Shown one piece after another: positions 47,743 through 60,882 of a DNA stretch of 64,000 nt. Position numbers and translations under genes: made by a program. The notes under the pieces were generated by a model. The model was not told the DNA's origin. It saw only the letters and a list, made by a program, of their open reading frames with translations, and did not search any database. Each line of letters opens with the position of its first letter. Position 1 is the stretch's first letter. Source of the DNA: Acidimicrobiia bacterium (GTDB lineage Bacteria; Actinomycetota; Acidimicrobiia; Spongiisociales; ZC4RG35); assembly GCA_035292685.1 (NCBI GenBank), contig DATDPP010000040.1, positions 65,398 through 129,397 of the forward strand. Reading direction: 5' to 3'.

Positions 47743-48839
47743 CCAGCGTCTCGAGCCAGCTTGGCCTCGAAGCCAGCTTCACGGTTCGACGAAGTCCCGA
47801 GTTCACTCTCGATCTCTCGATGGCCATCCCCCCCGGCCGCACCGTGGCTTTGCTCGGGCCCAATGGTGCGGGAAAGTCGACGGCGGTGGCTGCTCTGGCC
47901 GGCCTGATCCAGGTGGACTCCGGGCGGATCGAGCTCGGTGGAAGGACCCTGGACGACGCCGGACAGGCTCGGTTCTTGCCTCCCGAGGAGCGGCGGGTCG
48001 GGGTGGTCTTCCAGGATTACGTCCTCTTCCCCCATCTCTCGGTGGCCGAGAACATCGCGTTCGGGCCGCGAAGCCACCGGATGGGCCGGGAGCCCGCCAT
48101 GGAGCGGGCCGCACTCTGGATGAAACGGCTCTCCCTCGACGATCTGGCTCAAAGGAAGCCCGGCGAGCTCTCAGGAGGTCAAGCGCAACGAGTGGCCCTG
48201 GCGCGGGCTTTGGCGATCGAGCCTGATCTCCTTCTCCTCGATGAGCCATTGTCGGCTCTCGACATAGTCACCCGGGCCCTCTCGCGACGGGCGCTCACCG
48301 AGCATCTCGCCCAATTCCCGGGCCCCCGGCTGTTGATCACCCATGACCCGAGCGAGGCATTTCTCCTGGCCGACGACATCCACGTCATAGAAGGCGGAAG
48401 GGTCACCCAGGTCGGCAACGCCGACGAAATCCGGCTTCGGCCCCGGACGCCTTACATCGCCGACCTGGCGGGGTCCAACCTTCTCTCGGGGATCGCACAT
48501 GACGGGCTCGTGCAGATCGGCGCCACCGGACTTCGAATCGCCGATCACACCCTCGAGGGCCCGGTGCTTATCACCATCCACCCCCGGACCATCTCCCTGC
48601 ATCGGGGCCGGCCTGAGGGAAGCGCACGCAACCTCTGGGAGACCTCGATCGCTTTGATCGAGCTTCTGGGCGACCGAGCCCGACTCCAGGTGAGCGACCC
48701 CCTGGCCCTCACCGTCGAGGTCACCCGGGAGGCGATCGACGACCTCGAGTTGGACACGGGGGCCCGGGTCTGGCTCTCGATCAAGGCGACCGAGATCGGC
48801 GTCGAAGCGGACTACCCGGGCGCGTATGCCATCAGTTGA
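47724..48839 (+). CDS. modC: Molybdate ABC transporter ATP-binding protein with C-terminal TOBE/Mop domain
   Basis: C-terminal part of track ORF 47055-48839. Walker A GPNGAGKST, signature LSGGQAQRVALARAL, Walker B LLLLDEP. Start is ATG 47724 or GTG 47739 (GTGA overlap with modB). Confidence 0.85.
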   Translation: MVEGVVTSVSSQLGLEASFTVRRSPEFTLDLSMAIPPGRTVALLGPNGAGKSTAVAALAGLIQVDSGRIELGGRTLDDAGQARFLPPEERRVGVVFQDYVLFPHLSVAENIAFGPRSHRMGREPAMERAALWMKRLSLDDLAQRKPGELSGGQAQRVALARALAIEPDLLLLDEPLSALDIVTRALSRRALTEHLAQFPGPRLLITHDPSEAFLLADDIHVIEGGRVTQVGNADEIRLRPRTPYIADLAGSNLLSGIAHDGLVQIGATGLRIADHTLEGPVLITIHPRTISLHRGRPEGSARNLWETSIALIELLGDRARLQVSDPLALTVEVTREAIDDLELDTGARVWLSIKATEIGVEADYPGAYAIS

Positions 48840-48855
48840 CGTCCCCAACTATTGG

Positions 48856-51579
48856 TCACGTCACCCCGGGCAGGTCGCGCATTCGGGGATGACGCGCATC
48901 CGGGACCGGTTGTATCCGGATCCGGGCGTCGACAACAACCACGCCCTCACCCGGCGGCAACACCTTCACCGGGTTGAGATCCATCTCCATGAGCTCGGGC
49001 ACGATGCTGATGAGACCTGAGACCCTCAGTAGGGCTCGCTCCAATTCCGCCACATCGCCTTCGGCAGTGTTGCGAAATCCCTGGAGGAGCCGGAAGCCCT
49101 TGGTTTCCCTGATCATCTCAGATGCATCGACATCGGTCAGGGGATGGATTCGGAACACCACGTCGTGAAGGAGCTCCACATAGACGCCGCCGAGCCCGAA
49201 TCCGACCAGAGGGCCGAAGTTGGGATCCTGGGTCATCCCGATCAACACCTCATGGCCGCCACCTACGAACTCCTGAATCAGGACGCCATCCGCATCGAAC
49301 ACCGCTTTGGTGACCGTCTCGTAGGCAACCCTCACCTGGTCTTTGCCCTCCACGCCGAGAACGACACCCCCAACATCGGACTTGTGGAGAGCCGACTCAG
49401 AGATCACCTTGACCACCACCAGCCCTCCGATCGCCTTCGCGGCGGCAATGGCTTCTTCCGGCGACCGAGCCACGGTCGACCTCGGCACCCGCAGACCGGC
49501 CGCGGTCAGGATGGCGTCGACCTGCTCAGGCTCCATCCAGGCCCCGGTGGCAGGCACTTTCTCGAGCGCGGCGTCGACGATCGCTCTGATCGCCGCTTCG
49601 TCCCCGGTTTCCAGCCGACCTTCGAAGCCGGGGTCGCGGAGACGCCAGACCCCATGCCCTACCGCCCGGGCCAACGCAAGTGCCGCAGCCTCGGGGAACA
49701 TATAGGTAGGGATCGCGCGCCGACCTGGGCCACCCGCCAAATGGCGGGCTGTGTCCCCGCTGTGCATGAACACCGACAGCAGCGCGACCACCCCGTCGTA
49801 GCCCTCCTGACAGCCGCTGAGGGCATCTGCGACATCCTGGGCCCCCTCCGGCGACGTCGGGACATAGATCACGATCACCGAGTCCACCTCACCGGACTCG
49901 AGGAGCAGGGAAACCGCGTGGTGAAACTCGGCCGGGCCACCGGAGGCGATGAGATCGATCGGGTTTCTCGTCGAAGCCTCTTTCGGAAGCAACTCTCCGA
50001 TCTCGGCCTGGAGCTGGGGGGACAACTCGGGCAGGGTCAGGCCATTCCCTTCCAAGGCGTCTGCTGCCAGGATCCCGGGGCCGCCGGCGTTGGTCACGAT
50101 TCCCACCCGGTTCCCCCTCGGGATCGGCTGGTTGGCGAGGAGGTTGGCGGTGGAGAACAACTCCTCGATCGAGTCCACCCTGATCACTCCCGATTGGCGG
50201 AACAACGCCTGCACGGCCACCTCCGACGAGGCGAGGGCGCCGGTGTGCGAGGAGGCGGCCCGGCTTCCAGAGGAGGTTCTGCCGGACTTGACTGCGATGA
50301 TTGGCTTTCGACGGCCGATTCTGCGGGCGATACGCGAGAACCTCTTGGGGTTTCCAAACGACTCCAGATACAGGGTGATGACATCGGTCTGAGGATCGTC
50401 CTCCCACGCCAGGATGAGATCGTTGCCGCTGACATCCGCCTTGTTGCCCACCGAGACGAACTGGGAGATGCCGATGTTGTTGCGGGTGGCGAAGTCGAGA
50501 ATGGTGATCCCCAGCGCACCAGACTGACTCAACATCGCCACGTTCCCCGCCGGCGGGTACACCGGGGCAAAGGTCCCGTTGAGCTGCACCGATGAGGCTG
50601 TGTTGAGCAGACCCATGCAATTCGGCCCCACCATCCTCATACCCGAATTGCGAACCACCTCGAGCAGTTGATGCTCGAGGTCGGCACCCTCAGGGCCAAC
50701 CTCGGAGAAGCCGGCCGAGATGACCACGATCCCCCTCACCCCCGCTTCGGCGCACTGACTCGCCACGTCGATCACGAACCGCTGGGGGACGACGATGAAT
50801 GCGAGATCCACCTCATCGGGGACGTCGAGGATCGTGGGGTAGGCGCGCACCGAGTTGATCACCTTGGCCTTGGGGTTGACCGGATAGAGAGGGCCGGTGA
50901 ATGAGGTGGAGAGGATGTTGCGGAACAACTTGCCGCCGATCGAGGACGGGTCGCCAGAGGCACCTATGACGGCCACCGACCTCGGAAAGAACAGGGGCAA
51001 CAGGGAAGCGGCCACCGCCCGCTTCTCGCGTTCCGCCTCGGCTTCGAGCTGTCCCTCGCTCTCGGCCACCGGGAAGTCGACGGTGAACACCCCGTCGTCG
51101 ATGGTTCGGGTCAGTTCGTAGCCGGAATTGCGAAACAACCGCATCATCTGGCGGTTCTCGGGCAGGACATAGGCGCGGAACCGCTCGATGCCGTGTGATC
51201 GGGCATGATTGGTCAGCAATTGGAGAAGCTGGGTGCCCAGACCCCGTCCCTGATGCTGGTCGGCCACCGCAAAGGCAACCTCGGCTGCGCTGGCGTCGTG
51301 GGCCTCCCGGTCGTAGCGGGCCACGGCAATCATCTTGCCGTCGAGGAGGGCGATCAAGGCCATCCGGTCGGAGTAATCGACCTGGGTGAAAAAGGCGACT
51401 TCGTCGGGCCTGAGCGTCTCCTTGATCCTGAAGAACCTGAAATAGCGCGATTCGGGGCCGAGGGTCTCAAAGAAGTCGATGATCAAACCCGCATCCTCGG
51501 GCTTGATCGGGCGCACCCTGGCCCCGCCGCCATCGCGGAGCACGACGTCCAACTCGTATTCGGATGGGTATTCAGCCAT
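48856..51579 (-). CDS. Protein lysine acetyltransferase: N-terminal GNAT fused to NDP-forming acyl-CoA synthetase-like domains
   Basis: Start trimmed to ATG 51579 (MAEYPSEYEL), because the track ORF runs through the tRNA gene. GNAT motif A QHQGRGLGTQLL, then CoA-binding, ligase-CoA and ATP-grasp regions. Confidence 0.8.
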   Translation of the reverse strand: MAEYPSEYELDVVLRDGGGARVRPIKPEDAGLIIDFFETLGPESRYFRFFRIKETLRPDEVAFFTQVDYSDRMALIALLDGKMIAVARYDREAHDASAAEVAFAVADQHQGRGLGTQLLQLLTNHARSHGIERFRAYVLPENRQMMRLFRNSGYELTRTIDDGVFTVDFPVAESEGQLEAEAEREKRAVAASLLPLFFPRSVAVIGASGDPSSIGGKLFRNILSTSFTGPLYPVNPKAKVINSVRAYPTILDVPDEVDLAFIVVPQRFVIDVASQCAEAGVRGIVVISAGFSEVGPEGADLEHQLLEVVRNSGMRMVGPNCMGLLNTASSVQLNGTFAPVYPPAGNVAMLSQSGALGITILDFATRNNIGISQFVSVGNKADVSGNDLILAWEDDPQTDVITLYLESFGNPKRFSRIARRIGRRKPIIAVKSGRTSSGSRAASSHTGALASSEVAVQALFRQSGVIRVDSIEELFSTANLLANQPIPRGNRVGIVTNAGGPGILAADALEGNGLTLPELSPQLQAEIGELLPKEASTRNPIDLIASGGPAEFHHAVSLLLESGEVDSVIVIYVPTSPEGAQDVADALSGCQEGYDGVVALLSVFMHSGDTARHLAGGPGRRAIPTYMFPEAAALALARAVGHGVWRLRDPGFEGRLETGDEAAIRAIVDAALEKVPATGAWMEPEQVDAILTAAGLRVPRSTVARSPEEAIAAAKAIGGLVVVKVISESALHKSDVGGVVLGVEGKDQVRVAYETVTKAVFDADGVLIQEFVGGGHEVLIGMTQDPNFGPLVGFGLGGVYVELLHDVVFRIHPLTDVDASEMIRETKGFRLLQGFRNTAEGDVAELERALLRVSGLISIVPELMEMDLNPVKVLPPGEGVVVVDARIRIQPVPDARHPRMRDLPGVT

Positions 51580-51725
51580 TTCAGGTCCAGGGCATGACGC
51601 TAACCGAGTCGCAGCCGGCACCGGCCACGCCCCCTCCCCAACAGGATGTCTGGTTACACTTTCGGGACGGGGTTGAGTCTGTGTGGGAAGGTGGTGTCCT
51701 TGGAGAAAGATCCGGCCTCGTTCGT

Positions 51726-51782
51726 CGTGGGGCCCGGGCCCGGTTCCTCTCCCCTCCCCCACCCACCGGCCCGGGTCCCACG
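51726..51782. other. Long GC hairpin in the tRNA-Leu / acetyltransferase spacer
   Basis: Positions 51726-51740 pair with 51768-51782: 15 bp with one G-U on the + strand, or 6+8 bp with an A-C mismatch on the - strand. The loop is C-rich on + and G-tract-rich on -. A second 7-bp hairpin lies at 51785-51809. Confidence 0.5.
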
Positions 51783-51853
51783 ACCTTTCTGACCGACGCG
51801 CGCAGAAAGAATCAGAACCGGCAGATGGAAGGTGGACACGCAACACCCACCGG

Positions 51854-51938
51854 TGCCCGGGGTGGGATTTGAACCCACACGAGCCGTAACGGCTCAAGGG
51901 GGTTTAAGCCCCTCGCGTCTGCATTCCGCCACCCGGGC
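51854..51938 (-). tRNA. tRNA-Leu (anticodon UAA)
   Basis: Reverse complement folds as a class II tRNA: acceptor GCCCGGG/CCCGGGC, anticodon stem AGGGG/CCCCU with loop CUUAAAC, long variable arm GAGCCG-UUA-CGGCUC, T-arm GUGGG-UUCAAAU-CCCAC, discriminator A. CCA is not fully encoded. Confidence 0.9.
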
Positions 51939-51951
51939 GCGGGTGTCATGG

Positions 51952-52824
51952 TCAGGGTAAAGCCAACAGGGTCATGGCGACACCATCGAGGTTGTCATGC
52001 TCGGAAACCCAAGCGCTGTCGGCGCCCAAGGCATCCATCACACCCTCCGCCACCAGGATCCCACCCAGGATGACCGGGGCCCGTTTCGGGTCGAGACCGG
52101 GAAGGGTCGCCGTTTCTTCGATCGTGAGTTGCGCCATGATGTCGACGATCGTCCCCACTTCGGCCCGGGTGACCTGGTGGCCGTGCACCGTGGTGCCCCG
52201 GGGAATGGCACGCGCCACCGATGCCAGGCTGGTCCAGGTCCCGGCGACCCCGATCAGCGATTCGACCGCGAAGGCCGGCAGGCCGGCGAACGATTCCCCG
52301 ATCAGGGCCCGGGCAGAGGCAACCTCGTCTCGCTCGGCGGGTCGAAAGGGAAGGGCCCGCTCGGTGATCCGCACCGACCCGATGTCGATCGAGACACCGC
52401 TCTTCTCGGTGACAAACTCTGTGCTCCCTCCTCCGATGTCGGAGACCACAACCGGTCTCGGGCCTTCGAAACCCTGGACCGCGCCCGCATAGGCAAGCCG
52501 GGCTTCCTCCTCACCCGAGATCAAAGTCGGCCGGACGTCGATCATCTCCTCGACACGGTCGAAGAAGGCTTCGCGGTTGGCCGCGTCCCGGGAGGCCGAG
52601 GTGGCGATGGCCTTGCGTATCGAGACCCCGGCCTCCTCCAACATTCGGCCATAGCGGTTGAGCACCACCAATGTCTCCACAATCCGGGGCTCCGAGAGGA
52701 CGCCGGTGCTATCCACCCCACTCCCCAGCCCCGTGACCTCCTCCAACCGCTGCAGGTCGTTGTCCCCGTCGGTGATCAACAGCCGAATCGAGTTGGTCCC
52801 GATGTCGACGACGCCCACCCTCAT
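51952..52824 (-). CDS. ppx: Ppx/GppA-family phosphatase (exopolyphosphatase)
   Basis: Start trimmed to ATG 52824 (MRVGVVDIGTNSIRLL), which overlaps the upstream stop (ATGA). Confidence 0.85.
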   Translation of the reverse strand: MRVGVVDIGTNSIRLLITDGDNDLQRLEEVTGLGSGVDSTGVLSEPRIVETLVVLNRYGRMLEEAGVSIRKAIATSASRDAANREAFFDRVEEMIDVRPTLISGEEEARLAYAGAVQGFEGPRPVVVSDIGGGSTEFVTEKSGVSIDIGSVRITERALPFRPAERDEVASARALIGESFAGLPAFAVESLIGVAGTWTSLASVARAIPRGTTVHGHQVTRAEVGTIVDIMAQLTIEETATLPGLDPKRAPVILGGILVAEGVMDALGADSAWVSEHDNLDGVAMTLLALP

Positions 52825-53335
52825 GGGTTGCTCACCCAGGCGGGGTTGGCCTCTCCGTCCACGACACACGGCACCGGGCAATCCAGGGGCTCGATAAAGG
52901 ACGCGACCAACTCGCCCACCGGATTGGCCTCGCCCGATCGGGTGTGGGCGTAATGGGCGTGCAGGCATTTCACCCCGACGGTGCTGCCCCCGACTCCGCC
53001 CGAAGGTGCCGGTGACACACCAGCGGGGACGAGGGCATCACGGTTGGCGGCATAGGACCGATGCGCCTCCTCCAGGCGCCGGCTGAATTGGGGATCCGCC
53101 GTGGCTTTCTGTTCCATCCGCCTCACCCCGCCGGCGCCTTCGAGCCGTCCGATCCGGGTCACGGCCAGCGGACAAGTCAGCCAATAGAGGGTGGGGAACG
53201 GTGTGCCGTCGTCGAGGATGGGGGGCACCCTGGCCACGACAGGGAGGCCCAAATGACATCGGGAAACGGTGGTCGAGTCGGCGCGGGGCGGTCGTCCGAT
53301 CTGGGCCTCGATTACCCGCCGGTCGTCCGTTTCGG

Positions 53336-53339
<4 letters not shown>
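52821..53339 (-). CDS. DUF501-domain protein
   Basis: Start trimmed to GTG 53339 (GTGA overlap with ftsB). Occupies the conserved actinobacterial position between ftsB and ppx. TLYWLTCP and VKCLHAHYAH motifs. Confidence 0.75.
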
Positions 53340-56488
<3,149 letters not shown>

Positions 56489-56492
<4 letters not shown>

Positions 56493-57421
56493 TCGGCGGG
56501 TGGTACCACCTCGGGCACGGGCTCGGCCTGCCAGGTCCCGAACTTCTTGTTCACCTCGACCACCGCTCCGGCCGCCGTCTCCAGAAGCCAGTCGTTGGAG
56601 GCCGGTGTCGCGGCTTGGTTGAGAAGCAAGTCGATGATCTCCTCCTCGGTTGGCAATTCCCCTGGCTGGGCCTCGGTGCGCTTGGAAACAAGCAGGATGT
56701 GATAACCGAACTCTGACAGGACCGGGTCGGTGGGCACGCCCAACTCGGCGGCCAATGCGGCCGTGGCGAACTCGGGGACATAACCGCCCGCCACCTGACA
56801 CCCGAGGTCCCCACCCTGAGCCCCGCTGCCGGTGTCGGTTGACAGTTCCGTGGCCAGGTCGGCGAACTCCTCACCACCCCCGATTCTGGTCAGTACCTCC
56901 TGGGCCTCGGCTTCGGTCGCCACCAGGATGTGGGACGCGCAAACCTCGGTGAGATCGGCGGAAGACTGCTCCATTTGGGCGTCTATCTCCTCCTGACTAG
57001 GAGGCGGCAGATCGGCCTGGATCTCCTCGAGGATGGCGGCCTCGATCAGCGTCTGATGGGCGACCTGTTGCAAGAGAAGCTCGGTGACCTCGCTCGCCTC
57101 GAGGTATTCCTCGCGTGTCTGACCCTCGGATAGCTGGCCGGCAATTATCTCATCAGCCTGAGCGGCGATCTCCTCCTCGGTGAAGGTGATCCCGAAATCG
57201 GCCTCTGCCTGACGGGAGAAGATGTCGAGGGTGATGTTGAACAACAGGTACTTGGCGAAATCCTCCTTCGAGATGACGGCGTCGTCAGGCTTGTTGTACA
57301 GGGCTTCGACATCACCGACGGTCACCTCGTTGCCGTCAACCGTCGCCGCCACCTCGTTGCTGCCCCCACATGCCACCAGTGAGAGGGCGCACACGATCAC
57401 GAGAGATGAGAGTTTCTTCAA
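56489..57421 (-). CDS. Parvulin-type peptidyl-prolyl isomerase lipoprotein (PpiC/PrsA-like)
   Basis: Start set to in-frame TTG 57421 with AAGGA 7 nt upstream, giving (M)KKLSSLVIVCALSLVACGG with a lipobox. Rotamase core ASHILV ... GGDLGC ... FGYHILLV. Confidence 0.8.
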
Positions 57422-57502
57422 GAGAGATCCTTTATAGGAGTGGAGAAAGAGAGTTTGCGAGATGGTAGAGGTTTGACGCATCTAGTAGCACCCCGCGAGC
57501 CG

Positions 57503-60500
57503 CTACCCGTCCCCAGGCGGCCACATTTGGGCGATGAATTGGGAAAGCCCCGGCACCAGGGGCGCCGGCGCCGGGATGAAGATGAGGCCCTCCGCGGCGC
57601 GGAGCACAGCACGTGGCTGAAGGCGTCTGAGACGCACCTCTTGGGAAGGCTTGAGGTCCACCGGGCCCAACCTGATCTCATGACGGAGTTTCACCATCTC
57701 CTCGAGCCCGACCCGCAGGGCGTCCACGCGGAGCCGGGCAAGCTCGACCAGCACCAAAGCGGCGGGTGGCAGCGGCCCGAACCGGTCCACCCACTCGGCC
57801 GCGACGTCATCCACCTCGAGATGAGTGGAAGTGCCCGCCAGCCGTCGATAGGCCTCGAGCCGAAGCTCCTGTTCGGGGATATAGGCCTCGGGCAGATGGG
57901 CATCGACCGGGAGATCGATCCGGACCTCGTAGGGAACCTCGCTCGGGACGACTCTCCCCTCCAACTCCGAAACAGCGTCCGCGACCAGTTCGGCGTACAA
58001 CTCGAACCCGACGGCCGCGATGTGGCCGCTTTGGACTTCGCCGAGAATCGACCCGGCCCCTCTGATCTCGAGATCCCTCAAAGCGAGTTGGAACCCGGAT
58101 CCCAGATCGGTTGCCTCGCCGATCGCCTCGAGCCGGCGATGGGCCTCCTCAGTGAGACTGCGATCCCGGGGATGAAACAAATACGCATAAGCCCGCTGAC
58201 TGGAGCGGCCAACCCGGCCCCGAAGCTGATAGAGCTGGGCCAGTCCCAGAAGATCGGCGCGCTCCACGATGAGAGTGTTCACCTGGGGCAGATCGAGGCC
58301 GGATTCGATGATGGTGGTCGACACCATGACGTCGTATTCGCGATTCCAGAAGTCGATCATCACCTGTTCGAGCTGTCCCTCCGACATCTGACCGTGGGCT
58401 ACCGCGTATCGGGCGTCTGGAGCCAACTCGCGGAGATGGGCGACCGCCCGATCGATCGATTGCACCCGGTTGTGCACATAGAAGATCTGGCCTTCCCGGA
58501 GTAGTTCGCGCCGAATCGCCGCCGACACCGCCTGATCGTCGAAAGGCCCGACATAGGTGAGAATCGGATGACGGTCCTCGGGGGCCGTCCTGATGTGGGA
58601 GACGTCCCGGATCCCGGTCAGAGCCATCTCCAGCGTGCGCGGGATCGGAGTTGCGGTCAGGGTCAGGACGTCGACCCCCAACTTCAACTCCTTGAGAGCG
58701 TCCTTGGCGGTCACTCCGAACCGTTGCTCTTCGTCGATCACCAACAAGCCGAGCTCCTTGAACCGGATGTCTTCGGACAGAAGTCGGTGGGTCCCGATCA
58801 CCACGTCGACCTCACCCGTTGCGAGTGCAGCGACGACCCGATCCTGCTGTCTCGGGGTGAGAAACCTGGAGAGGGCCTCGACCCGCACCGGGTAGGGCGC
58901 AAACCGCTCGGAGAAGGTTTGCTGATGCTGTTGGACGAGAAGGGTTGTCGGGCACAGAATGGCCACTTGTTTGCCGGACTCGACCGCCTTGAAGGCGGCG
59001 CGGATCGCGACTTCCGTCTTGCCGAAGCCGACATCACCGAAGACCAGCCGGTCCATTGGCTTGTCGTTCTGCATGTCGGCTTTGACCTCGACGATGGAGC
59101 GAAGCTGGTCGGGTGTCTCTTCGTAGGGGAAGGCGCCTTCCATCTCGACCTGCCAAGGGGAATCCAGGGCATAGGCGTGGCCTACGGCGGCGGCTCGCAA
59201 CCGATGCAGCTCGACCACGCGTTGGGCCACGGCGGCCACGGCCTTGCGAACCCGCGCCTTTTGGTCTGACCAATCCTTTCCCCCCATCCGCGACACCCTG
59301 GGAGTCTCCCCACCGGTGTACCTGGTGACTGCAGCCAACTGGTCGACAGGCACATAGAGACGGTCGGCGCCGGCGTAGGCGATGATCAGGTAGTCCCGTT
59401 CCACGCCCACCATCGTCCTCGACACCAGGCCCTCGAACCTGCCGATCCCGTGTTGGTGATGCACCACGTAGTCACCCTCGGTGAGGTCGCGGTACTGGTG
59501 GGTCAGGGCAGCCCGGGTCCGGCCTACCCGGCGGTGGGCCCGGCGGCGACCGGCGATCTCCTGTTCCCCCAGGACGGCAACCCCGAGACCGGGCGCCACG
59601 AATCCCCGATGGATCCCAACCGGGACGATGGCCGCCCTCGGATTGACGAGCGAGTCGAGACGTTCCAGGACCAGGCCGTGCTCGCCCAGGGCGCTTGCCA
59701 CCCGGTCGGCAGCCGCCACCCCGTCCATCGCCACCACCGTGATCATTCCCCGTTCCAAAAGACGTCCCAGCCCTCTAGCCACGGCCTCCGGATCGCCAGG
59801 AGTTGCATCGAGGCCCCGCACCTCCAGCACTGGATCCGAGGGGCCGGTCGGGGCGGCGGGGACCCGAAGATGTGCCCGATCCCGAAGTCTCTCCTCCAGG
59901 TCGAGAAACAAGGCGGGGTGCTCACCGGCCGCCGGGGCCTGCTCGCCCCAGGTCGGGGCGAGAGCTCGCGCCAGCTCGGTTTCCTCCTTGATCAGCTCAC
60001 GCGACCTGTCCAGGGCTCGGGAGGGCTCGATGACGACGAGCCGTATTCCCTTGGGGATGTCGTCGATCAGCGAGATGGGATCGGCCAGCCAGGGCAGCCA
60101 CGATTCGATACCGGGAAAGAGCTGGCCCTCGGCGACGCGGTCCCAAGTAGACGCCGCCCATTGCTCGGAGGCAACGAGCCCAAAGGCGCGCTCGGCCAGG
60201 GAACCACCGGGACGAACTTCTCGGGCGGGGTAGGCGACCAACCGATCGATGGGATCCTCGGAGCGCTGGGTCGCGACCGAAATGAGGCGGATGTCCTCGA
60301 CGGTGTCGCCGAAGAAATCGAGGCGAACCGGCTCTTCGGCCTGGGCCGGGAACACGTCGACGATCCCACCACGGACCGCAAACTCACCCCTGCCTTCGAC
60401 CCGATCCGTCCTCGAGTATCCCAGATCGGCCAGGTCGCGCACCAGGTGGTCGAGAGGGACTTCCTCTTCCCGAGCCAGGCTCAGAGGATCGGGGCTCGAT

Positions 60501-60868
60501 GGGCTGAGTCGTTGAATCGCGCTGCGGACGCTGGCGACCACCACCCCCGGGCCACCACCCCGGGCGAGGCGGTGCCGGGCCGCGGCCCGACGAGCCATGG
60601 TGGCGATGTTGGGGGACACGTGCTCGAAGGGGAGAGTCTCCCAAGCGGGCGCCAGCGTCACGTCATCGAGAAAGAGCGCGAGGTCGTCCGCCAGTTCCTC
60701 GGCGTCGCGCTCACCCGACACCAAGACCAGGAGCATGTCGTCGATCCGTTCGGCGAGCCCGGCCATGGCGAAGGCCCTCGCACCTGCGGACACCGCCCAT
60801 GATCCGCCGAGGTCAGGGAGGGGTGCGGAGCGCCAAGCGGACAGAAGAGGTGCAAGCGGTGCTGGCAT
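57503..60868 (-). CDS. mfd: Transcription-repair coupling factor
   Basis: Start trimmed to ATG 60868 (MPAPLAPLL), 15 nt after the upstream stop. CarD-like domain, helicase motifs GDVGFGKTEVA and DEEQRFG, and a TRG region. Confidence 0.95.
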   Translation of the reverse strand: MPAPLAPLLSAWRSAPLPDLGGSWAVSAGARAFAMAGLAERIDDMLLVLVSGERDAEELADDLALFLDDVTLAPAWETLPFEHVSPNIATMARRAAARHRLARGGGPGVVVASVRSAIQRLSPSSPDPLSLAREEEVPLDHLVRDLADLGYSRTDRVEGRGEFAVRGGIVDVFPAQAEEPVRLDFFGDTVEDIRLISVATQRSEDPIDRLVAYPAREVRPGGSLAERAFGLVASEQWAASTWDRVAEGQLFPGIESWLPWLADPISLIDDIPKGIRLVVIEPSRALDRSRELIKEETELARALAPTWGEQAPAAGEHPALFLDLEERLRDRAHLRVPAAPTGPSDPVLEVRGLDATPGDPEAVARGLGRLLERGMITVVAMDGVAAADRVASALGEHGLVLERLDSLVNPRAAIVPVGIHRGFVAPGLGVAVLGEQEIAGRRRAHRRVGRTRAALTHQYRDLTEGDYVVHHQHGIGRFEGLVSRTMVGVERDYLIIAYAGADRLYVPVDQLAAVTRYTGGETPRVSRMGGKDWSDQKARVRKAVAAVAQRVVELHRLRAAAVGHAYALDSPWQVEMEGAFPYEETPDQLRSIVEVKADMQNDKPMDRLVFGDVGFGKTEVAIRAAFKAVESGKQVAILCPTTLLVQQHQQTFSERFAPYPVRVEALSRFLTPRQQDRVVAALATGEVDVVIGTHRLLSEDIRFKELGLLVIDEEQRFGVTAKDALKELKLGVDVLTLTATPIPRTLEMALTGIRDVSHIRTAPEDRHPILTYVGPFDDQAVSAAIRRELLREGQIFYVHNRVQSIDRAVAHLRELAPDARYAVAHGQMSEGQLEQVMIDFWNREYDVMVSTTIIESGLDLPQVNTLIVERADLLGLAQLYQLRGRVGRSSQRAYAYLFHPRDRSLTEEAHRRLEAIGEATDLGSGFQLALRDLEIRGAGSILGEVQSGHIAAVGFELYAELVADAVSELEGRVVPSEVPYEVRIDLPVDAHLPEAYIPEQELRLEAYRRLAGTSTHLEVDDVAAEWVDRFGPLPPAALVLVELARLRVDALRVGLEEMVKLRHEIRLGPVDLKPSQEVRLRRLQPRAVLRAAEGLIFIPAPAPLVPGLSQFIAQMWPPGDG

Positions 60869-60882
60869 CGAGCCGTTCGATG

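Noticed and set aside
51580-51897. N-terminal extensions of track ORFs, including 48856-51897 running through the tRNA-Leu gene, mfd to 61255, mnmA to 41498, mazG to 56801, eno to 55041, ppx to 52968 and dapE to 37036.
   Set aside because: The extensions overlap upstream genes or the tRNA and are R/G/P-rich. Internal starts give canonical N-termini and 4-nt stop/start overlaps.
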